A stretch of 62,372 nt of DNA from Octopus bimaculoides (Eukaryota): positions 42,862,470-42,924,841 of the forward strand of contig NC_068988.1 in assembly GCF_001194135.2 (NCBI RefSeq). The letters run 5' to 3'. The notes under the pieces were generated by a model that was given only the letters and a program-made list of their open reading frames with translations, searched no databases and had not been told where the DNA came from. Positions 46,861 through 60,394 of the stretch are shown here, piece after piece (the stretch's first letter is position 1; each line of letters opens with the position of its first letter). The position numbers and the translations under genes were made by a program.

Positions 46861-47747
46861 TCTGTAAACTGCAAACATATCAAAGAACTGCCAGAAAAGA
46901 GAAAAATGTAAATCGAAGCCTGAAGACAAAGGTAGAAAGATAACGTAATCGACGCTAATAAGAGTCAAAGAAAGTGTGATGTAGGTTTCGCGCACAACTG
47001 CCGTTTGTATTTTCTTTAATTAAAATGTATTAAAACAATGTTCATCTATAGTTATTTATCTCCATGTTGGCTCCAATTGAGAAAACCTATGATCAAGGAT
47101 ATTTCAACTATCCGTTTTTATTCAGACATAGTGCATCCCGGATTACAATATCCAAGGTATAGTGTTCTAGTAGGTTGAGGGATAAACAAGCCTTCACGTT
47201 AGCTTGTCATAGATTGATATATTGTAATAATGTTTCCTATGCAACAAACGATTGTTGTTTACCTCCGCGTCATCACTGATCGATCAGACCTATGATCAAA
47301 GGCTTTCCTACCGTGCCCAACTTGTTTTTATCTTTTCAGGCATAAAGCATTTAGTGCTGCAATATTCACTGTCTTTACGTTCTGAGTTCAAATTCCATCG
47401 AGGTCAACTTTGCCTTTCATCCTTTCGGCGTCGATAAATTAAGTACCAGTCGCGTACTGGGATCGATCTAATCGACTGGCCCTCTTCTCCAAAATTTCGT
47501 GCCTTGTACCTAGAGTAGAAAAGAATATTCACTGTCCTTTTTTAAGACGGTAGTGATATGAGGAAGATCTAGCTGCTATTTTTAGCAAATTTATCGACCA
47601 CGTAAGTTCCTCCTCCATGGTTCCGCATGTTGCTGACAGTGGTAGTCGTATTGTTACTGTTGAATAGTTCCAAATCAGCTCTGATCTAGATTAAGATCAT
47701 CTCTACAGATTTTCTATAGAAATTATAGCCAGCACTGATTTTGTTAA

Positions 47748-47866
47748 GACGTTTCGTATCCGAGACATCAGACGTAAACAAACAATGAGATCGAAGATGA
47801 AAAAATGGGTAATGGGCGTATATGCCGTATTTCAGGAGTGGAATTTTTTGCTCCTTCATCAGACAC
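47748..47866 (-). ncRNA. Two tandem hammerhead-like motifs (Penelope-like LTR remnant)
   Basis: CTGATGA-AGGAG-loop-CTCCT-GAAA (47862-47830) and decayed CTGATG..GAAACGTC (47771-47748); stem I imperfect. Confidence 0.45.
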
Positions 47867-48589
47867 TTCAGCCGTAACCATCTTGTCGTCTTTCCGTTAT
47901 ATGTATATGGGATTACATAATTCAATGTAGTCTGCCCATTTTAAGAAAAGTTGGTATTTAAAAGATATTTAGTTGTTATTTCCAGCATTTAACTCTTAAC
48001 AGCTAACAACAGAGATTCTACGTCAGTCTTGGGATACCATTATAGTAACAGGGGTTATTTTCAAGTATATAAGAGCTTGTTAGGATGAATATGTGCCGAG
48101 GAAGATAATAAATCTTTAATTTTCAAATTCATAGCCGTGAGTGCCATCACATTAATTCTTATAATTAAGAAAACAGTTAAAAAGGTTTAATTACCAAAAT
48201 ATCAAAGACATCACAGTGTATAATGTTTGGAAATAAGGAAATTTCTTGCTTCGCATTTTTTAAAGAAGGTTGGTTCTGTTTCGGATTGCAATTTCACAGA
48301 TGTTAGATGGAAACGAAAATCCAGCAATTTTTCGTATTTAAGATCCATAAGTCTCACACGCAGGTGTTACGATCCATTACGTTTCAAGTTCAAATCCTGC
48401 TGGTATCAACTTTGCCTTTCATCCTTACAAAACGGTTCGAATAGGCACCAAGTACGTAATAACGTTGATTAAATCGATTATATTTCCTGTAAACTGAGTG
48501 ACCTCTTAACAGTATTAGGTATCTCTATACACTATGATATAAGTTATCATCTGTTGTTAATGTAGTTAACAACAGACAATACATACGTA

Positions 48590-48629
<40 letters not shown>

Positions 48630-48639
48630 NNNNNNNNNN

Positions 48640-48676
<37 letters not shown>

Positions 48677-49122
48677 TCAAGGCGGTGCCCCAGCATGGCT
48701 ACTGTCTGATGACTGAAACAAGTAAAAGATATGTCTTACGTAAAAGGATGACCGTTTATCTTCATCTGTGTTTGAAAGCTTTGAACGCCCATGCGTGCAC
48801 GTCTCCCGTCTCCACACATCAATATTGTTAAAAGGTAACGCAGTCATTTTAGAACCGATATAGCTGGGCACCACAGTTGTCGCAAGCGTTGTTGTCAGAA
48901 CGCACGGAGCCGGGACATACCACCACAAGGTATCACGCCCGACATTGACACTTCTGCCACTTCTCCACCTGGATTGGTACTTTTTTTTCTTATTAGTCGA
49001 CTCTGAGAGGTTGAGAGGCAAATTTGATCTTGACGGGTTTTGAACTCAATTCAGTAATAGGCGATATATATATATATATATATATGTAAATTCCACAATG
49101 TAATGATGTTATATGAGAATAC

Positions 49123-49509
49123 GGAAGCGCAATGGCCCAGTGGTTAGGGCAGTGGACTCGTGGTCATAGGATCGCGGTTTCGATTCCCAGACCGGGCGTT
49201 GTGAGTGTTTATTGATTGAAAACACCTAAAGCTCCACGAAGTTCCGGCAGGGGATGGTGGCGAACCCTGCCGTACCTTTCCACCACAACTTTCTCTCACT
49301 CTTACTTCCTGTTTCTGTTGTGCCTGTAATTCAAAGAGTCAGCCTTGTCACACTGAATATCCCCGAGAACTACGTTAAAGGTACACGTGTCTGTGGAGTG
49401 CTCAGCCACTTGCACGTTAATTTCACGAGCAGGCTGTTCCGTTGATCGGATCAACTGGAACCCTCGACATCGTAAGCGACGGAGTGCCAACAACAACAAC
49501 AACAACAAC
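49123..49509 (+). mobile_element. Full-length young SINE-A
   Basis: Exact 10-bp TSD ATGAGAATAC; (AAC)n tail; small internal deletion. Confidence 0.95.
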
Positions 49510-49533
49510 ATGAGAATACATATGTTAATTCGT

Positions 49534-49843
49534 GAGGACGTGTGGCTTCGCGGTTAGGGTATTCGACACATGATCGTAAGATTGTGAGTTCGATTCCCGG
49601 CCGCGCGTTCTGTCTTCGAGCATGACAGTTTATTTCACGTTGCTGCTGGCAAAAGTTAATTGTGCATATAATTCAAAGGGCCAGCCTTATCACATTCAGT
49701 GTCACGCTGATTCTCCCTGGGAACTGCGTAAAGGTTACGACGTGTCTGTGGAGTACTCAGCCACTTGCACGTTATTTAACGAGCAGGCTGTTCCGTTGAT
49801 CAGATCAATTGAAACGCTCGCCGTCGTTACCGATGGAGTGCCA
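49534..49843 (+). mobile_element. SINE-A2 copy
   Basis: Shared core plus SINE-A-type tail. Confidence 0.8.
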
Positions 49844-50022
49844 GTGTAGCGTCTGTATATGATGATCCAATAACAAACCAAAATACGAAACGTTGTATTG
49901 GTGGAATTGATAAAGTAGTGATTAAATGTAGTCTAGAATACAGTTATGCTCATTTACATTCTCATTTCGATTACAGCCAAGGTCAGCTTTTTTTTTTGTA
50001 TTATCGGGTTCTATTCGATAAT

Positions 50023-50223
50023 CCAACAAGGCCTGAAATGTCGGAAGAGGGAGTTAGTCGATTACATTAACCCGAGTGCTCAACTGATACTTGTTTTATC
50101 AACCCTGTAAGCATGGCAGTCAAAGTCCACCTTGGAGGAATTGGAACTTAGAACGTAAAGACGGACGAAACGCCGCTAAGCATTTCGCCCTGCGTGATAA
50201 GAATTCTGCCAGCTCACCACATT
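50023..50223 (-). mobile_element. SINE-C copy
   Basis: 16-bp TSD GGTTCTATTC(G/A)ATAAT. Confidence 0.85.
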
Positions 50224-50585
50224 GGTTCTATTCAATAATATCAATGAAATAATGGTGGTCGATATAATTGACTACAACTTCTCTCAGATGTGAGATAATG
50301 TACTTATGACAGAAGCCAATAATATACAACAGATTTAGACTCAATAATACAAGGACCCTTTCATCTTTTGCACCTAGTAATCATTTTATAAGTTTACATT
50401 ATTCATACAAGTTCAATAATCATTTGTTTTTTTCTCAATTTGTGTTCATAATTACATTCATAATTATTTTTTCTCTCTCTTCTAACGGCCAAGGATCAAT
50501 TCAGCTGTTGTATACTATCAAATTAACATATATTGTATACTAATTAATTCAACTCACACACATACATACATACATATTTCATATA

Positions 50586-50807
50586 CTGATTTCAAATTTT
50601 GGCACAAGGCCAGAAATTTCAGGGGAGGGGATAAGTCGGTTTCATTCACTCCAGTGTCCAACTGGTACTTATTTTAATCGATCCGAAAGGATAAAAGGCA
50701 AAGTAGACCCCCGGCAGCATTTGAACTTAGAACGTTAAGTCAGTATTAATGCTGTTAAGCATTTTCCCGGCGCGGAAACGACTCTGCCAGCTCATTGCCG
50801 TACACAC
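50586..50807 (-). mobile_element. SINE-C copy
   Basis: 10-bp TSD ATTTCATATA. Confidence 0.85.
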
Positions 50808-51040
50808 ATTTCATATATTATTATATTGATATGAGCCGTTATTACGATATTAATTCCGATTCTCTACGCCCTGAGTTCAAATACGACTGAGGCCATTTTT
50901 GCATTTCATTTTTTTTTCCGAGGCGAATAAATAAAGTACCAGTCTAGAGATAAGTTTTTTTTACCTCTCTCCCTTTGTATCTGTCACGCTAAATCAGCTT
51001 AAGAATTGCGTCGAACAAATATCGCAAACATTTATTCTGA

Positions 51041-51505
51041 CTAGCGGGACCCGTGAATATTTCATGGAATTAATGGTAAACTTATTGGGTTATTTCTGCA
51101 AAATTTATCCAAAAAAACCTGAAAGCGTAGCTTGTGTTGTGTCTGTATCAAAAGATAGACGCTCATCTGCTTTTCATTGGAAAGTGAAGGAAATTGGGAT
51201 ATGGTGATTACTTAATGCTTTTTATATATACACTTTTCATACTTTATGCACAATTTTTTAGACTTAATACACAACACTCTCCCTCTTTCTCTCTCACTCT
51301 TCGCCTTACCCTCTTTTTCGCTCTCCTTTTTCTTTCGCTCTTCACCTTTCCCTTCAACTAATTACGTGAAGTAACGGGGTAAACACTTGGTTAAAAAAAA
51401 TTACACATTTCACTCACCACCAGCTCTCCTTCCCCCTTCAACTAATCATGTGGAAGCCTGACGGACGGGCTAAGTAACGGAGTGACAAGCAGAATTATAA
51501 TAAGA
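51041..51505 (-). mobile_element. Non-autonomous Helitron (same broad family as 40625-41356)
   Basis: Minus strand 5' A|TCTTATTATAATTCTGCTTGT; 3' CCATGAAATATTCACGGGTCCCG-CTAG|T. Confidence 0.75.
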
Positions 51506-51555
51506 TGTTTCAAAGATTCAGCCAGCTCGTCACTTTTCACTGGGTCAAATATAAT

Positions 51556-51763
51556 TCTTTGTACAATAGGCACAACGCCTGAAATTTTGAGGGAGAGGGA
51601 TAGTCGATTTCATCGATCCTTGACTGGTACTTATTTTATCAACTCCAGAGGGATGAAAGGCAAAGTCTAACTCGGTAGAATTTGAACTCACAACATAAAG
51701 CTGGAAGAAATGCCGCTAAACATTTTGTCTGGCATGCTAACGATTCTGCCAACTCGCCGCCTC
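51556..51763 (-). mobile_element. SINE-C copy
   Basis: 8-bp TSD AATATAAT. Confidence 0.85.
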
Positions 51764-52149
51764 AATATAATGATATTCAATATATATGTTTATATAAATA
51801 AATACACAATATATATGTTAATTCCATGTTATTCAGAATTAAGTGCAGCATAGTAGAATTGGCCTCTGATCGTGAGTGTAGTAAGAGAAACCACTCTGGA
51901 AACTAAATTATGAATGCAGCTGTGAACATTACAGGAATCCAGCAAAGCAAGTGATTACGCAGATAATGTAAACATATAAAAATGGCTGTTGGAAGGTGCA
52001 AAAGATAGGTGTTTCGTTTCTTTCATTATAGCGTGTCCATGGCAGAAGGTTTACAAGGAGGGTGAATAATGAATTTGGAAGCCTGTTTCTTTGAACGTCT
52101 GTATTATATATTCATGGAACAAGCTGAAAATGAAAGAAGTAATGTTAGT

Positions 52150-53000
52150 ATGCTTGAATAATTTTCGAGCTTAAACTTGATTATAATCTTGAACGACATA
52201 GATTTTCTTCACATCTCTTCTACTTCCATTCTAAGTGTCCGTCCAAAGTAAATTAAGTCTGACAAGATGGACGACAGAACCGTTGATAAAATTAACATAC
52301 CAGGTCGTAACTAAACCCTGAATACAGCACTTCATTTTGTGTCATGAAATAATTGCCTTCAATAGATTTTGACTGGAGTTAGTAGTCCTCACACTACGTC
52401 AGGAGACAACTTGTTCAGAGACGAATAAAAACTGATTAAAAAAAATTGAAACTAATAAAATGAGTTGATTGTCAATCACCATTTATATGTCGTTTTCATG
52501 TAGAAGAGCATAGTAGTTGAGTAGTTGCTTATCTTTCGTTTTTGATGGTGACTAAAACTCCACCTCTCATACTCCGTAACAATGAAAGATGCACCTGAAA
52601 ATTCGTGGCTGCTTCTGCATTGAACTACTGCAGGGGTTGTATTTCATTGTTGCAGATATTCGTCCTATGTCGATTGCTGAACCGAAAGGCCTGCCATCTG
52701 TCTCTGGTTTGAAGAATTTCGAGTCCTGACATATGCTGAACTTGGGTTATAGTGAGGAAGGGCTGGGCATGATGGCTAGCCTCACCCTCTCAGTGCTGAA
52801 TTCTTGTACCAGTGGCAAGGTGACCCAAACGACTGGAGTATATCAGGGATGCAGCATGGTTTATGTATCCCAATATGGTCTGAAGTGTGCACTCACAGCA
52901 GCGTCAAAGGATATCGCCTTTCTGCTCGTTGAAAGTAGTCTGATAGTTGATTTTCCTCTGCGCAAACTGCCGAAAATATAATCTCATGCATCTTTAAACA
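52150..53000 (-). mobile_element. Decayed LINE remnant (ORF1 knuckle-like region plus APE endonuclease)
   Basis: RLGHLA, then LQ*FNA, RGGVLVTIKN and NLLKAII..GSVVHL in the expected order. Confidence 0.5.
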
Positions 53001-54431
53001 TGAACAAATGCATAAAATTTAATGGTTATTGACACTCTTGAGTTCATCATTCTTTTGAAAGGTTTTTATTTTTCATCCCACGTGGTGTCCAAAAATTACC
53101 CTCCTCATCAAGCAGGGTTGACGGGGTCGAGGTTTATTTACTGATAACCGACCATGCAGTATATTGCACTGGGTTACAGCTTATTAGTGCTTACTATCGA
53201 CTTGCTAGACAAACGTAAGAAGCCAGTGGTAAATGGACAGTGTTATTTAAAAAGGACTATGTTAGATTTGATGTGCTTAAGATTGAGGAAGTCTCTCTCT
53301 CTCTCTCTCTCTATGTAGATATATATATATATATATATATAAATCAATAAATGAAGTGCAAGTCAATATCTTTGATTATTTTTCCTTTAGTCAGCAATCA
53401 CTATAACTTTGCAATATTCCTTCACATAAAACCTCATGTGGTATGTCTTTTGTATGTTTTCGATTGTAATTTACATTTTACTCGCAAATTTGTAAGTTTC
53501 TAAGTTCGTAGCCTTCGTACAAATCAACTGTGTATTTTCAGGTTATATAAGAGTCTGCTGAGCTACACAACTTAGAGAACACGATTCGTTACTGATTCAC
53601 CACTTCGGCTGAATATTTGAGCCTGACCTTGTCTGAGTATGCCTATGACCGTCAGAGCACGGAAATAAGTTCTGAGTGAATTCCTCCATTTAATGAAAAC
53701 AGTTTTTATATTTCTGTTACCAGCTCTGACTCCCTCAAAACCGATGAGAAACAGTCAATAGTATTTTTGTAGTAAAGCATAGTTCAAAGTACTTTCAAAG
53801 CAGAAATACTCCATCACATTTGATCTGAGGAAATAGCCAAAAAATAAAAGCATCTAATTTCAGTCTATATTTGTGTAACAAGTAAAGGAATTGGCAAGTT
53901 TGAAAGATGTTTGTAATTAGAAATTGGAAGTTCTTTACCTTTTGATGTATTCAGCTGGAATAGGAAAAAGGAGCTAGTGTATAAGTAATCAAGCATTTGG
54001 ATGCAGCACACGTCATTTTATCCAAGTCTCTGCACGCACAAATCACTTGTAGGCCATTTAGTCAGCATCAAGGGACGATGAAAGATCTGAAAATATATGA
54101 TAATAATGTTAAAACAGAGCAGTCACAAATATACTAATTAATGGTTCGTAATGAAGGTTTCATTAAACCAGAGCACGTCCTGTTCTACCAAAATACATTC
54201 TGGTGATGAGAATACATTCTTGTCACCGTTGCTGAGGAAAATGAAAGAAAGCCTACTTTGAATGCTAATCTGAACTTGATGTCAGTATCTAATAAAAATG
54301 ATATAAATAACGCAGAGTTTCAGAAAAGCATTCAACGAATTAAGAAGGATTTCTTTCAAAACTTTCCTTTCAATTCTAATGAAAAGATCTGAGCGAAATA
54401 GGTAGTGCATTGTCAACTCTATTTCATTATA

Positions 54432-54643
54432 CAGGGTGTCCACAAGGTCTGGGTACATGGAGTAAATAAAATCATAACATAAACAAGTAAATATAAGAAA
54501 TAATAATTTCTTAAAATATGTGTTAATCTCCATGTGGGTACATGGAGTAAATAAAATCATAACATAAACGATTAAATATAAGAAATAATAATTTCTTAAT
54601 GTATGTGTTAATCCCCATGTACCCAGACTTTGTGGACACCCTG
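54432..54643. mobile_element. Tc1/mariner-type MITE with an internal 85-bp tandem duplication
   Basis: 29-bp TIR CAGGGTGTCCACAA(G/A)GTCTGGGTACATGG (28/29), TA TSD; units 54451-54535 and 54536-54620. Confidence 0.95.
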
Positions 54644-55512
54644 TATTTCAGATTGTTTTATGGTATACAATAATTTGTTTTCTAATGAAAAGAATATATA
54701 TATTCGGTGGTATATACAATCAAGGATGAAAATAAACTAACGAAAGAAAGTGGGAGAAATTAGTTAATTAAATTGATTTTGTTGTTGTTGTTTCTTGGCT
54801 CTCAGTCAGTCTCAGGCAGATGTAGAATCAATCACATTCCAGCCTTGATATTTCCGTATTTTTCAGATATCCAATTCTTTTTAAGACGGTAGGGATGAGA
54901 AGTCTTTGGCACCTACTTTTACAAGATTGATTTGAATTACTACTTCATTGCTTCGCAGTTAGGATGTTTTTAATCTTATCTTTCTAAAATAACTTCCTGG
55001 TGTAAAGGAATTTAAAAAAAAAGAACATATGGAAAATGAAATTAAAATATAAATAGGAAAATATAAGAAAATGAAAAAATAAAAATATTATGTTGGTCAT
55101 GCAAATAATGTGGTCTGATAAGAAAAAAAAAAGGAAATAAATGTAGTTGTTAAAGGTGTAACGTGGTTTCCTACATTCTTTCAGCATTCATACATGGTTT
55201 GATTTAATAAACGCTTATCGCATTTTAGAGCGTTACCTAAAGATAGTAGATGATATCGTTTTACTACTTCTGAAAAAGGTTTTGGCTTCTGTTGGGTTCC
55301 TCCAAATTTTACTATATCTATTGTCATATAGATCTAACATACAATGCATAAGTTCTAAATATTCTTTTTAATTGCGCTTTTATAATATATTTTCACAATT
55401 AGTCAACATCAGATGTTACAATACATTTTCCATTAATTCCATTTAATATTTTGTGAAATTTCTCTTTTGTAAGTTTCTTTGTGAAGGAGACAAGTTGAAA
55501 TCTTAAAAAATA

Positions 55513-56666
55513 TCAGGTCAACCCATGAACATTGTCCTAAATATCATATATGTAATTTCTATCAAATTTTACAGATTTCTAAAATGTCAGATGGTATTGA
55601 CTGATACTCATATGGATTTGGAAACCTTTAACTTAATGCAATTTCTTTCTACAGAATAATCTAAATTAATAACTAATATTCATCCCTCAAAGATGGTCAT
55701 ATCGAAGGAGCATTTAAAGCACATAATAACTTAGGAGTTCAAAAGGGAAACAGTGCAGCAGAAGCAACCCGAAATAACCATTCAGTTTATAGGGAAGGGT
55801 GCTTGAACGAAAGAAGAAGATTGTTTACAAAGTTTTAAAATGCCCTGTTGAATTCGATAATGAGCTTAAGAATTGGTAAGCAAGCTCAATTCGAACCATT
55901 CAACTGTTCACCACCATCTTCAGCAACTTGGAAAGGTGCCCAAACTCGGAAAATGGGTTCCCCATGATTTGACAGAAGTCAACCGAAAATCTCGAGTGAA
56001 TATATCTTACCATTTTTAGACAGGTGAACGACTGATGAAAAAATGGATTTTTTAATGAAAATGTTAAGCAAGCAATGGCTTAGTTGTGGAGGACAGGTTA
56101 AACCCCAAACCCCAAAAGACTTCCGTGAAAAAAGGTTCTTCTTTCTGTTTGGTGAAATTGTATTAGAGTCATCCATTTTGAACTGTTACCAACTAATGCA
56201 ACAATTACTGCTCATACCTATTGGCAACAATTAGAGCGTTTAGATGCTGCTTTGAAGAAAAAAAAAAGACCTGCTTTGACGAATCATAAGAGAGTGGTGC
56301 TTCGTGATAATGCAAAGTCTCACACTGCAAAAATTACATCTGAAAAAAATAGAAGAACTTGGTTGGGAAAAATCCCTCATCCGCCTTATATCTCGGACCT
56401 CGCTCCTTCTGATTACCATTTGTTTCGAAGCTAACAAAATCATTAAAATGATTTGTACTCAAAAGCTCAAAGAAACTGACCTCTCTTCCTTCTTCTCATC
56501 AAAACCAAAAGACTTTTTCACTAAAAGAATTAAAAGGCTAATGAGCAGATGGGAGGAATTCATCAATAATGATGGGAATTATATACAGTATTAAATTTTA
56601 ATAAAATGCAAACTTAGGCCACTTTTTCCTTACCCAAACTAGGACATTACTTATGAGATGAACTGA
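55513..56666 (+). mobile_element. Decayed mariner transposon (transposase pseudogene ~55693-56594)
   Basis: KGNSAAEATRN, WVPHDL, DNAKSH, HPPYISDLAPSDYHLFRS, RWEEFINNDGNY; ~28-bp TIRs (21/28) with TA TSD. Confidence 0.93.
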
Positions 56667-58333
56667 TAATTATTCTAGAAGTGATGGATTGGCAAGATCC
56701 AGAGTCACGTTGAACAAATGTTTTACAATATTTAGTTACATTCTTTTACTTTCTGAGTTTTAATTCAACCTTTCGTGTTTTCCAGGATCCTTGTAATACA
56801 ATACCAGTTAAGTTTTCGGGTCGTTCTCCTCCTTTATACATCTCCCCAAATTTATGGAATGGCATCCATAATAGAAATTACTAATGTTATTACATCCCTC
56901 GAGGGAGGTGGATTAGCAGAACCATTAGAGTGTCAGATAAAATGCTTTTGAAGTATTTAAGTTACGATGCTTTATCTTAGAAGTTCAAATCCCGCCGAGG
57001 TCAACTCTGCTTTTCATCTATTCGGAAGCTAGCATAATAAACACCGGTCAGTTGCTGAAGTCGAAAATCAACTGGTCACCTCCTTTCAAAATTGCTGGCC
57101 TTGTGTCTAAAATAGAGTTTTTTTTACACAATTTTATATTTTAATTTCAAATCTCGCTAGGGTTGATGTTTCTCTTTGTCCTTTAAGAATTGATAAAATA
57201 CAGTACCAGTTAAATACTAGGGTCAATATAATCGACTATGTCCCACCTGAAATTTCTGGCCGTATGCATTTATGTATAAAATCGCTATCATTTTATCTCT
57301 CTACGTTCTGAGTTCAATTCCCGTTTAGGTTGATTTTTGACATTCTTCCTTCCAGGCTGATAAACTAGAGTACTAGGGAAATACTAATTAGATCTTCTCC
57401 TCATTTATACGGCTTTGGCATACATATTTGTAACATCGATTAATACAGGAAGCAGAATTAAATACATTTGCTTCTTTGCAAGCAAGTGGACATTAGTGGA
57501 CTTAAAGTAAAAAAATTGCTCAAGGGAAGAAAAATATACGAAGTCGCAAACATAGTTGTACGGTTAAGAAGTTCGCTTAGCAACCTCGTAACTTCAAGTT
57601 CAATCTCACTACACTGCATCTTGCGCAGAGGTTTCCTATTGTGGCCTAGGAGTGACAAATGCCTTCTAAGTGAAATTTGATAGCCAGAAACAGTTGTAAA
57701 GCCGAGTATATTTTATCGACCCCATTGAGGGTGAAAATGAGATTCGATTCAGGCCCAACTTGAAATCAGGATTTATCTTTTGAAGTGTTTTCTGAACTAA
57801 ATTGTGGATTTGAAGAAACTAAGTTGAATATACTTTATCCCAGTATACTGTATTGCATTTTCTCCCTCAAAACCCTACGTTTTCTCCTACAAAACAACTT
57901 TAAGATATTTTTCGTAATATGTAAGATGAAACACATTTTCTTCCCACAGAACATACTTGTAAAATAGCGTCCTATACGAGAGCGCAACATGATAAATGCC
58001 ACGATATATGGAAATATATAATAATATTCTAATAGGCCATTCACTTCTTCCGCTGTCACGATTTGAAGGCATGATCGACCTAGTATATGACATAACATTG
58101 AATGAATTGTGTTACATTGTATGAGGAATAGAACAAATGTAATGTCAATTTGCAGAAATGCAGAAACAATTGTAATGTCAATTTCACTTCTACTTCCCTC
58201 ATTTGAAATATATATATGTATATATATATATAAAAAATTAAGGTACTCAGAAACCTGAATGTTTGTACATTTACAGATTTTTATTAATGTCACATATTAA
58301 ATGAAGCGCTTTTCACCTAGTCGTGTAGGTTTT

Positions 58334-59108
58334 NNNNNNNNNNNNNNNNNNNNNNNNNNNNNNNNNNNNNNNNNNNNNNNNNNNNNNNNNNNNNNNNNNN
58401 NNNNNNNNNNNNNNNNNNNNNNNNNNNNNNNNNNNNNNNNNNNNNNNNNNNNNNNNNNNNNNNNNNNNNNNNNNNNNNNNNNNNNNNNNNNNNNNNNNNN
58501 NNNNNNNNNNNNNNNNNNNNNNNNNNNNNNNNNNNNNNNNNNNNNNNNNNNNNNNNNNNNNNNNNNNNNNNNNNNNNNNNNNNNNNNNNNNNNNNNNNNN
58601 NNNNNNNNNNNNNNNNNNNNNNNNNNNNNNNNNNNNNNNNNNNNNNNNNNNNNNNNNNNNNNNNNNNNNNNNNNNNNNNNNNNNNNNNNNNNNNNNNNNN
58701 NNNNNNNNNNNNNNNNNNNNNNNNNNNNNNNNNNNNNNNNNNNNNNNNNNNNNNNNNNNNNNNNNNNNNNNNNNNNNNNNNNNNNNNNNNNNNNNNNNNN
58801 NNNNNNNNNNNNNNNNNNNNNNNNNNNNNNNNNNNNNNNNNNNNNNNNNNNNNNNNNNNNNNNNNNNNNNNNNNNNNNNNNNNNNNNNNNNNNNNNNNNN
58901 NNNNNNNNNNNNNNNNNNNNNNNNNNNNNNNNNNNNNNNNNNNNNNNNNNNNNNNNNNNNNNNNNNNNNNNNNNNNNNNNNNNNNNNNNNNNNNNNNNNN
59001 NNNNNNNNNNNNNNNNNNNNNNNNNNNNNNNNNNNNNNNNNNNNNNNNNNNNNNNNNNNNNNNNNNNNNNNNNNNNNNNNNNNNNNNNNNNNNNNNNNNN
59101 NNNNNNNN
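58334..59108. other. Assembly gap
   Basis: Run of N. Confidence 1.
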
Positions 59109-59620
59109 ACACACACACACACACACACACACACATTAAAAAATGGACAGTAGGCCAACAAGGGAACATAGGAAAAAAATCCACGCACGAGACGTGGACA
59201 TAATAATCTCTGATCAGTCATCGGGCCAAAAATCATCACAATTTCGCGCCATTATGGATAACATTGTTCATTTTGGTGGCGTCAGAACACCTATACTGAA
59301 CTATTGAGAAATCTGTAGTTACTCTATCCATTCATCTCTAAAGTAAATAGATTCCCCTCATTATACCGTTTATCTATGTGGATACTACTCATTAATACGA
59401 TGCCCAAACAAGTTAAGTCATTAAAAACTGTACAAGGCCTCTCTACTAAATACGATTAAGTATTTAAATGCATTAAATGATATTAATTCGTAACTAGACA
59501 TAAACCTTTCAAATATGATGGTGTCTAATTACATTTGAAATGCCTGTGTATATGCATGTATGTTTATGCGTGTGTGTATATGTATATATATGTGTGTGTC
59601 CATATACATGTTTGTCCATA

Positions 59621-59651
<31 letters not shown>

Positions 59652-60326
59652 ACACACGCACACAAACATATGCATATACACATACACGTGCTGATACATA
59701 TATATATTTTTCTTATTGTCAACTATGATGCCCCCGATACTTTTAATTTCCTTGAAATAATAAAAAATGACAAAAACTTGCAGATGTCATTTAGAAACTA
59801 AAAATATAGGAAATTTAGTCGGTAGAAAGAATTTCAGTCTCGATTTTAACCGAAAATTGAGGGAAAATCTAGAATAGATAAAATTCTTTTGGCATTTGTA
59901 AATTATTTAGATAAAGCATTTAGCAATCCGATACACAATATGTTCGCGTCTGGTAGAGATATATTACTTATCTTATGACATGCGAACCGACCGAGTTCAC
60001 TGTGCATGATATAGTAAGTAATCTTAGTTGCTGATTGGTTGTAAAAGTTTGTATCCGGAACCCACCTATTCCAAGAAACTGTATAGTTTTCTCATCTTTT
60101 CTAATTGAAAATTAATCCTGATATATGTCTCTAATTTTGGAATGGCATTCAAGTACGCAACACAAATAATTCAAACAATACACTAACACACATCAAACAA
60201 GCATGCACATATAACCATATGTATGTCATTATTCTGTTTTTTCAAGATTTCTTGCCAATAGGGAAAGAACCGATTTCTAACCTATATCCAAGGCTCTTTC
60301 ATTAGAATTTCAACATCAACAACAGA

Positions 60327-60392
60327 GTATGTATGTATGTATGTATGTATGTATGTATGTATGTATGTATGTATGTATGTATGTATGTATGT
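60327..60392. repeat. (GTAT)n microsatellite
   Basis: Directly visible. Confidence 0.98.
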
Positions 60393-60394
60393 GC

